DNA from: a virus
Strand: one strand, 5' to 3'
Length of the DNA stretch: 64,000 nt
IMG/VR virus record: IMGVR_UViG_3300045988_053091
Below, in pieces: positions 31,434 to 40,668 of this stretch. The notes under the pieces are model-generated. The model did not search any database, was not told the DNA's origin, and worked only from the letters and a program-made list of their open reading frames with translations. Each line of letters starts with the position of its first letter. The first letter of the stretch is position 1. A program made the position numbers and the translations under genes.

Positions 31434-32198
31434 ATGGACAAGTTAAAAAAGTTTTGGAAAGATAACAAAGAGAATATTGAAAAATTATTCACTTACGAAT
31501 ATTATAAAGATGGTTTAACTGGTTGGAACAAATCAGCTCGTGTATTATGGTTTGTCGGAATGGCAGTCCAAGTATTTACCGGTATTATTCTACCTATGCT
31601 ACAAGGTCAAGGGTTAACAATGACCGGGTTTACTGCTACAATTGCAGGAATTATTGGATTTACATGTACTGTAACAATTACAATGGGTAAATCAATTAAT
31701 GGTATTTTAGGGTTTATTTCTGCTATTTTATTAATCGGTGTAGCAACTGTAACAGGTAACTACAGTGATATTATTATGCAAACCGCTTATATTGTTTTGT
31801 TAGATATTCCTATCATCTTCTCTAAACAATGGAATGAGGGTTTGAAACCTCGTAAAATGCAACCTGTACACATGCTTAAAACATTAGGTCTTATTGTTGT
31901 TTTCTGGGTCGCTTTATACTTATTAGATACGGTTGTTTTACATTCACCGCAGGCTTTCTTAGATGCAACAAGTGCAATGATTGGTTTAGTTGGAGCTGTA
32001 CTGTGTGTGAAAGGCTTTAGAGCACAATATTACTTCTGGACTTTCCAAGGACTAATGTCAGTAGCTCTATGGATTCAAACAGCTTTACATGGACATGCAG
32101 TTTATGTACTAATGCTAACTTACATGTTATACCTAGCAAATGATGTATTAGCATTTACAAACTCTAAATGGTTTAAAAAGGAGGCTCCTCATGCCTAA
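31434..32198 (+). CDS. pnuC: PnuC-like nicotinamide riboside transporter
   Basis: About 7 TM helices; ..GNYSDIIMQTAYIVLLDIPIIFSKQW resembles the PnuC signature. Confidence 0.55.
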   Translation: MDKLKKFWKDNKENIEKLFTYEYYKDGLTGWNKSARVLWFVGMAVQVFTGIILPMLQGQGLTMTGFTATIAGIIGFTCTVTITMGKSINGILGFISAILLIGVATVTGNYSDIIMQTAYIVLLDIPIIFSKQWNEGLKPRKMQPVHMLKTLGLIVVFWVALYLLDTVVLHSPQAFLDATSAMIGLVGAVLCVKGFRAQYYFWTFQGLMSVALWIQTALHGHAVYVLMLTYMLYLANDVLAFTNSKWFKKEAPHA

Positions 32199-32430
32199 AG
32201 TAACAGTCTACTCAAAAAATGGTTGTGGTCAGTGTACATTCGTGAAACGTATGCTTGAAGGGGAGAAAATTCTCTTTGAAGAACGAAACATTGATGAAGA
32301 CCCAACAGCCAGAGATTATTTAGTTAGTAAGTCCGTAACTTCATTACCTTACGTAGAAACGTCTACAGGTATTAGTTTTACGGGCGTACAAATGGGAAAA
32401 ATTAAAGAAATAAAAAATTCTTACAAATAA
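32191..32430 (+). CDS. nrdH: NrdH-like glutaredoxin
   Basis: VTVYSKNGCGQCTFVKRML CxxC thioredoxin fold, 79 aa. Confidence 0.7.
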   Translation: MPKVTVYSKNGCGQCTFVKRMLEGEKILFEERNIDEDPTARDYLVSKSVTSLPYVETSTGISFTGVQMGKIKEIKNSYK

Positions 32431-32444
32431 TTTGTAAGATAGTG

Positions 32445-32473
32445 TTGACTTAGTGATACTCATAAGGTATACT
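32445..32473 (+). promoter_or_regulatory. sigma-A-type promoter embedded in a terminator hairpin
   Basis: GTGTTGACT, 17-nt spacer, TATACT; the -10 lies in the 5' arm of hairpin 32464-32502, which is followed by a T-run. Confidence 0.65.
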
Positions 32474-32524
32474 TCTTCTTGTAGCAAAGAAGGGTATACC
32501 TTTTTTATTTGAAAGGAGAAACAA

Positions 32525-32902
32525 ATGAAAGATTTATCAAAGTGCAAATACATAGCTATCGACTTTGATGACACTATTGTAAGAAGTGAATTTCCAAATA
32601 TTGTAGGGCTACAACCACATGCGAAAGAAGTGATTAACAGCCTATATAAGTCAGGAAAACAAATTCTTATATGGACATGTCGTGAAGGCGAAGAGTTAGA
32701 ACAAGCAAAAAGGTTTTTGGCAGAATGTGGTATTAACTATCACTACATCAATGAGAATCATCCAGATTTGATGAAAGCATATGGAAATAACAGCCGTAAG
32801 CTTGGTGCAGATGTTTACATTGATGACAAAGGACATACAACAGAATATGTCAATTGGAGAGAAATTCTTAAACAGTTCTTAGGAGGAAAAGCACATGAAT
32901 AA
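32525..32902 (+). CDS. HAD-superfamily phosphatase (nucleotidase-like)
   Basis: IAIDFDDTIV DxDxT motif and a C-terminal DD motif (YIDDKG). Confidence 0.6.
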   Translation: MKDLSKCKYIAIDFDDTIVRSEFPNIVGLQPHAKEVINSLYKSGKQILIWTCREGEELEQAKRFLAECGINYHYINENHPDLMKAYGNNSRKLGADVYIDDKGHTTEYVNWREILKQFLGGKAHE

Positions 32903-32981
32903 AGCGAATACAATTATTGTTTCACTTTATTGCGTACCTAAGAAGTTACATTTAACTTTTCTTGCGGATGCTAGTGAAAAA

Positions 32982-33011
32982 TTGAAAATAACTAGTAAAG
33001 TGTGGTATAAT
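32982..33011 (+). promoter_or_regulatory. promoter of nadR-like gene
   Basis: TTGAAA, 18-nt spacer, TGGTATAAT. Confidence 0.65.
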
Positions 33012-33049
33012 TAATTATAGTAAAAAATACCTAAAAGGAGGAATAAGGT

Positions 33050-34177
33050 ATGAAAAAGTTCGGAGTAGTAGTTGGGAAATTCTATCCCTTACACAAAGGA
33101 CATGTAGATATGATTCAAAAAGCAAGCACACAAGTAGAGACTCTTGTTGTAGTAGTAAGCCACTCAGATAGTCGAGATGACCGTTTATACATGGATTCTA
33201 ACATGAAACGTCCACTAACAGCACGTGATAAGCTACGAATTGTTCAAAAGACTTTCCAAGTTCAACGAGATGTCATTATTCCCGTATTAGTAGACGAATC
33301 AAACATTCCAGAATATCCTAATGGGTGGGAAGCATGGGCAAACCTTGTGAAAGAGACTGTAACAGGTAATCGTGTGTTGGCTGAAAGAGGCTTTGATTGG
33401 GAAGAAGCAACATTCTTTTCAAGTGAACCACAGGATGCGGAAGGCTATCAAAAATACTTTGGCTGTCCTACAATGTTAGTAGACCCAGAGCGTTCTAATG
33501 TTAACATCAGTGCAACAAAAGTACGTAATAACCCTATTAAGTACTGGGACTATCTACCTCGTGCTAGCCGGGAAGCGTTGGCTCCCACAATTGTAATTGC
33601 AGGAGGAGAGTCTAGTGGTAAAACTTTGATGGTAGATAAGCTAGGTAACTACTTTGCTACTACGACTGTTTGGGAATACGGTCGCAACTACTGTGAACTT
33701 GAATTAGGTGGAGATGAGAGTGCATTACAGTACAGTGACTACCAAGCAATTGCTAATGGTCACTATCAAGATGTTAGATTTGCAAGACGTAATGCTAACA
33801 GATTTACTATTTCTGATACAGATTACGTAGCCACACAAGCTTTCTGTATTACGTATGAAGGAAAACCGCATCCGTCTGTGCAAGATAAGATTGATAATGA
33901 CCGATTTGACTTGGTTATTTTGTTAGATAATTCGACTAAATGGGTAGACGATGGTATGCGTTTAATCGGTGATGAAAAACGTAGACAAGACTTCCAAAAC
34001 CTGTTGAAGAAATTATATGCGGAGAATCATATTCCTTATGTGGAAGTAACTGCAAGCGATTATGAAACTCGTTATGAACTTTGCAAGAAAATTATCGAAA
34101 AGTACCTAGAAGGAACTACAGTTGATACATTACAATTATACGTTGACGAAATTTGGACTAACAAGGAGGAAATATGA
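33050..34177 (+). CDS. nadR: NadR-type bifunctional NMN adenylyltransferase / ribosylnicotinamide kinase
   Basis: GKFYPLHKGH nucleotidyltransferase motif, ISATKVR, and second-domain P-loop GGESSGKT. Confidence 0.75.
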   Translation: MKKFGVVVGKFYPLHKGHVDMIQKASTQVETLVVVVSHSDSRDDRLYMDSNMKRPLTARDKLRIVQKTFQVQRDVIIPVLVDESNIPEYPNGWEAWANLVKETVTGNRVLAERGFDWEEATFFSSEPQDAEGYQKYFGCPTMLVDPERSNVNISATKVRNNPIKYWDYLPRASREALAPTIVIAGGESSGKTLMVDKLGNYFATTTVWEYGRNYCELELGGDESALQYSDYQAIANGHYQDVRFARRNANRFTISDTDYVATQAFCITYEGKPHPSVQDKIDNDRFDLVILLDNSTKWVDDGMRLIGDEKRRQDFQNLLKKLYAENHIPYVEVTASDYETRYELCKKIIEKYLEGTTVDTLQLYVDEIWTNKEEI

Positions 34178-34539
34178 TGAGTGAAAAAGAAGAATATTCT
34201 TGGGCAGATGAGTTTTTAAATAGGCTAGTAGAAGAGAGAAAGTTGACAGACTTTAATGCTGAAAGTGCTAGACAGCTCTATGCGAAAGAAAACTATGAAA
34301 AAGAGCTTAATCACATTTTAGGTTTAATCAAGAAACAGGCTCCCCATAGTAGAGAACTAATTTTAGCTTCAAATAAAAATGCGTTAGCGTGGAAGATGTT
34401 TTATAGTCAGGAGCAAGTTCTGTCAGAGGTTTTGGCAGAAAGAGGTTTTACAGTAAATGCTAAAACGCATAGTTACATCAATGGGGAACCGGTAAGAGTA
34501 GTTATAATTTCTTGGGCAAAAACAAAGGAGGAGAAATAA
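34174..34539 (+). CDS. hypothetical protein
   Basis: ORF track 121 aa; ATGA overlap with nadR. Confidence 0.6.
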   Translation: MMSEKEEYSWADEFLNRLVEERKLTDFNAESARQLYAKENYEKELNHILGLIKKQAPHSRELILASNKNALAWKMFYSQEQVLSEVLAERGFTVNAKTHSYINGEPVRVVIISWAKTKEEK

Positions 34540-34540
34540 T

Positions 34541-35278
34541 ATGAAAACATTTATGGACAATATTTCACTAGCCAATGGGAAGTGGCGCAAACAGTACGCA
34601 ATTACTTTGGTGGTACTGGGACTGGTTGTCGGTGTGTTTGTCACCGACTGGTCAGATAAAACTAATTGGTTGTTCTATATCACAGCTTACTGTTTAGGTG
34701 TACCTTGTGTGGTATCTTTAGCAGACCGTTATCCTAAAATGGGAAATATCTTAGGTATTAGTTCTAACGTTGGTGAAATTATTATTAATACTATGTTCGG
34801 GAACTTCGGTTTGGCTTTTGCAGGTATATATTATGGTATTACACACATTATTGGGTTAAAAGAGTGGACTAAAGAGTCTAATCAAGATGAAGATGGGCGT
34901 ATTAAAGTAGGTAAGATGAACGCTTTTTGGGTAGTATTTACTTTAGCGTTCACGATTGTAGGTTTAATTGTTTTAATTATGTACGGAGATAAAATTGGTT
35001 TTACTACAGATGGTTCCCTAATGGGTAACATCATGTATTGGGGTAACATTATTGCTTACTTGCTAGGAATCGTATCACAATTCTTAATGATTATGCGAAT
35101 TGACTTCTCATGGTGGGGATGGTTCGCAAGTAATTTCTTCTGGTTCTTATTAGACTTTGGTTCTGGGAACTACTGGTTTGCAATTCGAGATGTTTTATAC
35201 CAAACAAATGTTGTCACAGCAATCTATGCGTGGTATGATGAAAGTGGCAAATTAACTAAACAAAAAGTTATTGAATAA
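34541..35278 (+). CDS. second PnuC-like membrane transporter
   Basis: Multi-TM; ..GLAFAGIYYGITHIIGLKEW.. and a W-rich C-terminal half. Confidence 0.5.
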   Translation: MKTFMDNISLANGKWRKQYAITLVVLGLVVGVFVTDWSDKTNWLFYITAYCLGVPCVVSLADRYPKMGNILGISSNVGEIIINTMFGNFGLAFAGIYYGITHIIGLKEWTKESNQDEDGRIKVGKMNAFWVVFTLAFTIVGLIVLIMYGDKIGFTTDGSLMGNIMYWGNIIAYLLGIVSQFLMIMRIDFSWWGWFASNFFWFLLDFGSGNYWFAIRDVLYQTNVVTAIYAWYDESGKLTKQKVIE

Positions 35279-35292
35279 ATGGAGGAATTAAC

Positions 35293-35760
35293 ATGATTGA
35301 AAAAGTAGGATTTAACATTACATTAATACCATTAAGATACCGTCCCGAAACAGGGGGTATGGTGTTGCTACACCGAGTTCAAGAAGGGGTATACGAAATC
35401 CCTAATGCTTTCTTAGGAGCTACGGATACACCTGAAATGACTGTACACAGTGTTCTAGAGGAGCTTGGTTTAAATGGTCAAGAAGAATCAATTAGTGCAT
35501 CAACCATCTTCGGAGAACCTTCTAGAGACCCATCAGGACATAATATAGCTCAGTTGTACGTTGCTCAAATGCAACAAGATGCTGAACGTAAAACAGATGA
35601 AACAGACAGTGATTATGTATGGTTTGTTGCTACTTCTCACGAAGCAAAAGTAGACCTTTCTACTGATGATACTACAATTATCTTGTATCGTGATGGTAGA
35701 ATTACAGGAGATGCAACATTAGCCCTAGACCATAGCAACATGTTTACAACAATTTTCTAA
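35293..35760 (+). CDS. Nudix-like protein (degenerate Nudix box)
   Basis: GATDTPEMTVHSVLEELGL resembles GX5EX7REUXEEXGU but lacks the RE pair. Confidence 0.35.
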   Translation: MIEKVGFNITLIPLRYRPETGGMVLLHRVQEGVYEIPNAFLGATDTPEMTVHSVLEELGLNGQEESISASTIFGEPSRDPSGHNIAQLYVAQMQQDAERKTDETDSDYVWFVATSHEAKVDLSTDDTTIILYRDGRITGDATLALDHSNMFTTIF

Positions 35761-35767
35761 TACAGTG

Positions 35768-35796
35768 TTGACTTTATTCCTTACAGATGGTATATT
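35768..35796 (+). promoter_or_regulatory. sigma-A-type promoter nested in a terminator hairpin
   Basis: GTGTTGACT, 17-nt spacer, TATATT; the -10 lies in the loop of an 11-bp hairpin (35776-35812) followed by a T-run. Confidence 0.65.
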
Positions 35797-35834
35797 ACTT
35801 ACTGTAAGGAATATTTTTTTTAGGAGGAAATATC

Positions 35835-36584
35835 ATGACTGAAAACTTAACAACTAAATCAGTAGAGGAACTATCACCTACAGAGTTCTTCGAACGAGTG
35901 AAACAAAGTAAAAAAGAAAATCAAGATGCTGACCTAGACCGTTATTATGCAAATGCACTACGTATGCTAGAGAAAGCAATTAAAACGAAGCAAGACCGAC
36001 AAATATCATTGCTACGTCATCACATTCGAACGATTCAACTAGAAAAAGAAATTCGTGATATGGGTATTACAACCTTTGTATACTCAGAAGACGTTGAGAA
36101 TTTTATTGAAAACGTAGAAAATCGCACAGTTAAACTAGCTGACCTTAAAGATTTTCCTCGTGAAATCCCAGATGAAGTCGTTCCTGTAATTGAACGTGTA
36201 CAAGATAAATTTGACCGTCTAGTTGTCATGTTTACAGACTATACAGATGAAGTAGGACAACAAGTAGCAAAAGATAGTAGAGACAAAGACCCAATTTTAT
36301 TTGGTGTATTCTTAGATGAAACATCAGATTATGTCATGGAGCGTATGTATTTCTTAGCTGACTGGGAAGACGAGTACTGTGATTTGACTCTTGATAAATT
36401 GATTGAAGAAAATAGAGAGCTAACTGGGGAGGAGATTGCTTTTTATTGTGAAACAGTGAACCCTGATGAATTGCTAACACTTGCAGATAATTACAATGAT
36501 AAATTAAAACGTACAAATTCTGAGTACAAGGAACCTGAAAAGAAACCTCCTTTCAGTAAAGTGCGTTCATGGCTAGGTTTGTAA
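35835..36584 (+). CDS. hypothetical acidic protein
   Basis: ORF track 249 aa; AGGAGG RBS. Confidence 0.65.
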   Translation: MTENLTTKSVEELSPTEFFERVKQSKKENQDADLDRYYANALRMLEKAIKTKQDRQISLLRHHIRTIQLEKEIRDMGITTFVYSEDVENFIENVENRTVKLADLKDFPREIPDEVVPVIERVQDKFDRLVVMFTDYTDEVGQQVAKDSRDKDPILFGVFLDETSDYVMERMYFLADWEDEYCDLTLDKLIEENRELTGEEIAFYCETVNPDELLTLADNYNDKLKRTNSEYKEPEKKPPFSKVRSWLGL

Positions 36585-36585
36585 T

Positions 36586-37215
36586 ATGCAAGGTATAGAC
36601 TACACACGAGGACGTTTATTCACAAAGAAAAGACGTAAACGTATAACAGATGTTCGGGTGTTAGCAGACCGAGAAGAACGCAATGTAGTTACTCCGGTAA
36701 TTAGCCCCTCTGGAACAATTAGTTTTTCTTTTAATTTTGATGGTAATGACCCAGTTGGTGTTAAGGTTAAGAAAAACAAAATAGTACTAAGAAAAAGAGT
36801 TAAAATAACTCAAACTAAATTGAGGCTTACACCAAAGTCACCTCGTAAGGGTGTAAATTACTATGAATTTAATTATGGAACTGAGTGCATACGTTGTGGT
36901 AGAACCCTACCAGATTTGAGTGTGCTAAATAGGAAAAAAGAGCCGGAGGAGCTGTGTAAGGGATGCAAAAAGTTATTTCCTCCAAAACCTACTATTTCAC
37001 GATTAATGCTTATAGGTAATACTGGCGGGGTAAACAAGATTATTGACGTCATAGACAAAAACAAACCATTAGTATTCAAACGTAAAAAACGGGAAGAAGT
37101 CAAGAAGTGGTATGGTTCTTTAAAGGCAATTGCGCAGGAAGAGCACAATAGCTACACAGATTGGGTACGCAGAAAAGGGTACACAGATGCTATCAATATA
37201 GTTAGACGAACATAG
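36586..37215 (+). CDS. hypothetical basic protein with CxxC..CxxC
   Basis: ORF track 209 aa. Confidence 0.6.
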   Translation: MQGIDYTRGRLFTKKRRKRITDVRVLADREERNVVTPVISPSGTISFSFNFDGNDPVGVKVKKNKIVLRKRVKITQTKLRLTPKSPRKGVNYYEFNYGTECIRCGRTLPDLSVLNRKKEPEELCKGCKKLFPPKPTISRLMLIGNTGGVNKIIDVIDKNKPLVFKRKKREEVKKWYGSLKAIAQEEHNSYTDWVRRKGYTDAINIVRRT

Positions 37216-37230
37216 AAAAGGAGAGTATAC

Positions 37231-38190
37231 ATGAGTTTTGATAAGATTTACGCTGACCTTGTGTTGGCTATTAAAGAAAAAGGTATTTTGCAAAACCCCG
37301 ATGAGGTACGAGCACATTATGAAGATGGAGAACCTGCTCCTGCGTATGCAATTGAAGGTGTAAGCTTTAAAATTACACCAGACATGGGGCTACCAATTCT
37401 TAAAAGTAAGTTTGTAGGGTCTAAGTGGGCGTTTACAGAGTTAGAATGGATTTGGCAAGCAATGTCTAACGATGTCAAGTGGTTACAAGAACGTGGAGTT
37501 ACTATTTGGGACTCTTGGGAAAAAGAAGATGGGACAATTGGAAAAGCTTATGGTTGGCAGTTACGTAATAAAGAACGATTTGTTGCATCAGGCGATGGGA
37601 TTACGTTAGCTAAAAATCGGTTAGAAGATTGCCCAATTACAAAGTTTGTACCACTGGATGGTTACAATTTAGGTAGTTACCAACCTTATATAAAGCTGAA
37701 TCAGGTAGAGGCAGTTATTGCACAGCTTAAAAACAACCCAAGTTCACGAAGAATTATGACTACTTTATGGGATGTCGAAGACTTAGATGACATGGCTTTA
37801 GAGCCTTGTGTATGGGCTACGCATTGGACTGTACAAAATGGTAAGTTAAACCTACATGTTAAACAGCGTAGTTCAGATTGTTGCTTAGGACTCCCATTCA
37901 ATGTACTACAGTATCATGCTTTACAGGTAGTTATGGCTAAGGTATCTGGTTTAGAGTTGGGTACAATGTTCTGGAATATCGACAATGCACATATCTACGA
38001 CCGTCATATGGAACGAGCTGTCGAACAAGTAACTGCTCCTATGACAGAGGAAGTTTTAAACGCAGAACCTAAGCTAGTATTACCTTGGGAAGAAGCTGAC
38101 ATGACTAACTTCTTTGAGTGCCCACTATCTGAACTTAAGGTTGAAGGCTACAAACATAACGGAAGATTTAATTACGAGGTGGCAATTTAA
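37231..38190 (+). CDS. thymidylate synthase family protein (ThyA-like, divergent N-terminus)
   Basis: SRRIM, LEPCVW (catalytic Cys), QRSSDCCLGLPFNVLQY, NAHIYDRH. Lacks the usual RTGTGT segment. Confidence 0.7.
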   Translation: MSFDKIYADLVLAIKEKGILQNPDEVRAHYEDGEPAPAYAIEGVSFKITPDMGLPILKSKFVGSKWAFTELEWIWQAMSNDVKWLQERGVTIWDSWEKEDGTIGKAYGWQLRNKERFVASGDGITLAKNRLEDCPITKFVPLDGYNLGSYQPYIKLNQVEAVIAQLKNNPSSRRIMTTLWDVEDLDDMALEPCVWATHWTVQNGKLNLHVKQRSSDCCLGLPFNVLQYHALQVVMAKVSGLELGTMFWNIDNAHIYDRHMERAVEQVTAPMTEEVLNAEPKLVLPWEEADMTNFFECPLSELKVEGYKHNGRFNYEVAI

Positions 38191-38483
38191 TGAATACAGC
38201 TTCCTCTTTACAAAATCTTTTAGCTATTGCAGAGTCTGCAATTCTACATGAAGAGCGTAGACATCTTGCAAAGAAAGAACGATTAATCAAGCAACGAAAC
38301 GAAATATTAAATGCGCTACAAAAAGCGTGTACCCACCAAGATGAAGACGGGGAAGACCAAGTGGTTCCGTATAATAATCTAGGGTACAAAGCCTATAAGT
38401 GTGCAATTTGCCAAGCTAAGTTTACCCAATCAGGGTATGACGAAGGCTTACATGTTAAGAAAGAAGGAAATACAGATGAGTAA
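38190..38483 (+). CDS. hypothetical protein
   Basis: ORF track 97 aa; ATGA-type overlap with the upstream gene. Confidence 0.55.
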   Translation: MNTASSLQNLLAIAESAILHEERRHLAKKERLIKQRNEILNALQKACTHQDEDGEDQVVPYNNLGYKAYKCAICQAKFTQSGYDEGLHVKKEGNTDE

Positions 38484-39090
38484 AGACCCAATGACATGGA
38501 CAGCAGAAAGATTGTCTAAGGGTAAATATGCTGATTACAAGTTTCCTGTAATGGTAGACGGTATCGGGGTACGTGGAAGTATCTACGTCTCCGGTTGCCC
38601 TTTTAATTGTTTAGGATGTTACAATAAAAAGGCACAAAACTTTAGTTGGGGAAAAGACTATACCCAAGAAGTAGAAGACCAAATCCTTAAAGATATTTCA
38701 CAAGATTATTGTGATGGTATTACTTTGTTAGGCGGAGAACCTTTCTTAAATACACAAGTCCTATTGCCTTTAGCTAAACGTATTAAATCGGAGCTAACAG
38801 GTAAAACAATATGGTCATGGTCAGGTTACACATTTGAAGAGCTTACAGATTCTAACGCTGAAAACTGGGAAGATAAGCTTGAACTATTATCTTACGTAGA
38901 TGTACTCGTAGATGGGCGTTTTGAGCAGGATAAATTCAACCCTAACCTTGTTTTCCGTGGTTCATGGAATCAACGTATCATTGATGTACAGAGAAGCCTA
39001 GAGAAAGGCTCAGTGGTCTTGTGGGAAGATGGTAAATATCTTGAAGGAGAAGACCATACACCCATTAAATTATTTTCTACAAGAAAATAA
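38476..39090 (+). CDS. nrdG: anaerobic RNR activating protein (radical SAM)
   Basis: VSGCPFNCLGCYN CxxxCxxC cluster motif; start moved to ATG 38476. Confidence 0.85.
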   Translation: MSKDPMTWTAERLSKGKYADYKFPVMVDGIGVRGSIYVSGCPFNCLGCYNKKAQNFSWGKDYTQEVEDQILKDISQDYCDGITLLGGEPFLNTQVLLPLAKRIKSELTGKTIWSWSGYTFEELTDSNAENWEDKLELLSYVDVLVDGRFEQDKFNPNLVFRGSWNQRIIDVQRSLEKGSVVLWEDGKYLEGEDHTPIKLFSTRK

Positions 39091-39098
39091 AAAAGTTG

Positions 39099-39127
39099 TT
39101 GACTTGTTATAAAGTGTACGGTATACT
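39099..39127 (+). promoter_or_regulatory. sigma-A-type promoter
   Basis: GTTGACT, 17-nt spacer, TATACT. Confidence 0.7.
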
Positions 39128-39185
39128 GTTATTTGTAAGGGGAAAACTTACACATAAAAAACTAAATATTGGAGGAATTATTTTT

Positions 39186-40055
39186 ATGAGCGAGAAGACG
39201 TTTAAACGCCTAGTCGTAACCGGAGTGGTTGCAGTTATTTTATTGATTGGAGGTACAATCGGTGCGTTCCGTTTCTTCGAACGAATCGACAACGGTTATG
39301 TAGGTGTACGTTTCTCACCTAACGGTGGTGTTAAATCCGAAGCATTACAGCCCGGCGTTAAATGGGTAGGTATTGATAAAGTAACACAATACCCAATCCG
39401 TTTACAAACTATCCAAGCTAAAGATGTTGCGGTTTCTACATCTGATGGTAAGAAAACTGTAGTTAACATTAAGTATGACTACAAAGTAGACCCTAAACAA
39501 GCAACTAAAATGTACAAAGAGTTCGGTAACGTAACATCTGAGGACATTGAAAAAGGTTGGTTGAAATCTCGTTTACAAAAGACTGCTCGTGAAGTTTACT
39601 CTAAGTACAGCTTGCTAGATGTTCTTTCAGGTAAGTCTTCTGAGGTTGAGGGAGAAGTGCTAGCTCGTTTTTCTGATTCAGTTGAAGGTAAAGGTTTCTT
39701 AGTTGAAAACGTAACGGTAGGTGTACCTGACGTTGACCCAGAAACACAAAAATCAATTGATGCAATCATCCGTTCAGGACAAGAAGCTAAAAAAGCTGAG
39801 TTAGATGCTAAAACTCAAAAAACACAAGCAGAAACTGAGGCTACAAAAGTTACTTTGAAAGCCCAAGCAGAAGCCCAAGCTATTAGAGACAAAGCTAATG
39901 CACAAGCAGAAGCTAACAAGAAAATTGCAGAATCTGTTACGGATGAACTAGTTCGTTACGAAGAAGCACAAGCTCGTAAGGAAAACGGTTGGGTCACTAC
40001 TATTGTAGGAGATAAAAGCTCCGTAATGGTTGATGGTAGCGATGACGGAAAATAA
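39186..40055 (+). CDS. SPFH/band-7 (prohibitin-like) membrane protein
   Basis: N-terminal TM, then YVGVRFSPNGGV..PGVKWVG..YPIRLQT and an Ala/Glu/Lys-rich coiled coil. Start moved to ATG 39186, downstream of the promoter. Confidence 0.7.
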   Translation: MSEKTFKRLVVTGVVAVILLIGGTIGAFRFFERIDNGYVGVRFSPNGGVKSEALQPGVKWVGIDKVTQYPIRLQTIQAKDVAVSTSDGKKTVVNIKYDYKVDPKQATKMYKEFGNVTSEDIEKGWLKSRLQKTAREVYSKYSLLDVLSGKSSEVEGEVLARFSDSVEGKGFLVENVTVGVPDVDPETQKSIDAIIRSGQEAKKAELDAKTQKTQAETEATKVTLKAQAEAQAIRDKANAQAEANKKIAESVTDELVRYEEAQARKENGWVTTIVGDKSSVMVDGSDDGK

Positions 40056-40668
40056 ACTCCCTAAAGGAGTAAAAAATCTCATAGGGTTTACTACAGGAAA
40101 GCTAACAGTGACTGAATTTTCACACTTAGCTAGACGTAGCTACTGGAAATGTCTATGTGAATGTGGAAATACTGTAGTCAAACCGCAAGATAAGCTCACT
40201 TCCGGTGAAGTTAAGAGCTGTGGATGTCTTAAGAATAAAAGTTTTGGACATAAGAAACTTTATAAAGTATGGCAAGGTATCCATTATAGGACTTCCAATC
40301 CTAAGTCAAGTGACTACCATAACTATGGTGGACGGGGAATTAAGGTAGCGCCGGTATGGGCTACCTTTTCACCGTTCCTAGACTGGGCTTTGTCTTCTGG
40401 TTACGAAGAAGGGCTTACTCTAGATAGAATTGATACGAACGGAGATTATTCTCCGGATAACTGCCGATGGACTGACTGGAAAGTACAAGCTTTAAACAGA
40501 AGGCACCGTAAACATGTTGGTATATACAAACGAGGTGACCACTATTCAGCTAGGTTAAAGCGAGATGGTAAGGTTTACTATTTAGGTACGTACAACACGT
40601 TAGATGAAGCTTATCAAGCTAGATGTGAGGCTATTGACTATTACAATGAACATGGAGTGATGCACTAA
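40030..40668 (+). CDS. HNH endonuclease with AP2-type DNA-binding domain (free-standing)
   Basis: YHNYGGRGI..LTLDRIDTNGDYSPDNCRW then VGIYKRGDHYSARLKRDGKVYYLGTYNTLDEAYQA. Confidence 0.75.
   Translation: MMVAMTENKLPKGVKNLIGFTTGKLTVTEFSHLARRSYWKCLCECGNTVVKPQDKLTSGEVKSCGCLKNKSFGHKKLYKVWQGIHYRTSNPKSSDYHNYGGRGIKVAPVWATFSPFLDWALSSGYEEGLTLDRIDTNGDYSPDNCRWTDWKVQALNRRHRKHVGIYKRGDHYSARLKRDGKVYYLGTYNTLDEAYQARCEAIDYYNEHGVMH

Noticed and set aside
32896-33015. 39-codon ORF (MNKANTIIVSL...) between the HAD and nadR genes
   Set aside because: It has no RBS, and it overlaps a good TTGAAA-18-TGGTATAAT promoter that explains the conservation-like appearance.
37231-38190. dCMP hydroxymethylase (T4 gp42-like)
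   Set aside because: The specificity position in LGLPFN is Asn (dUMP-type), not Asp, and the overall motif set is ThyA-like.
38401-39185. Long N-terminal extensions given by the track for nrdG (38401) and the SPFH gene (39096)
   Set aside because: The extensions overlap the upstream gene or a promoter and have no RBS. Internal ATGs at 38476 and 39186 have an RBS and give normal N-termini. The same logic applies to 2215->2206, 4371->4344, 5678->5630, 10303->10267, 19664->19619, 21175->21196 and the MIRM-type early-gene starts.
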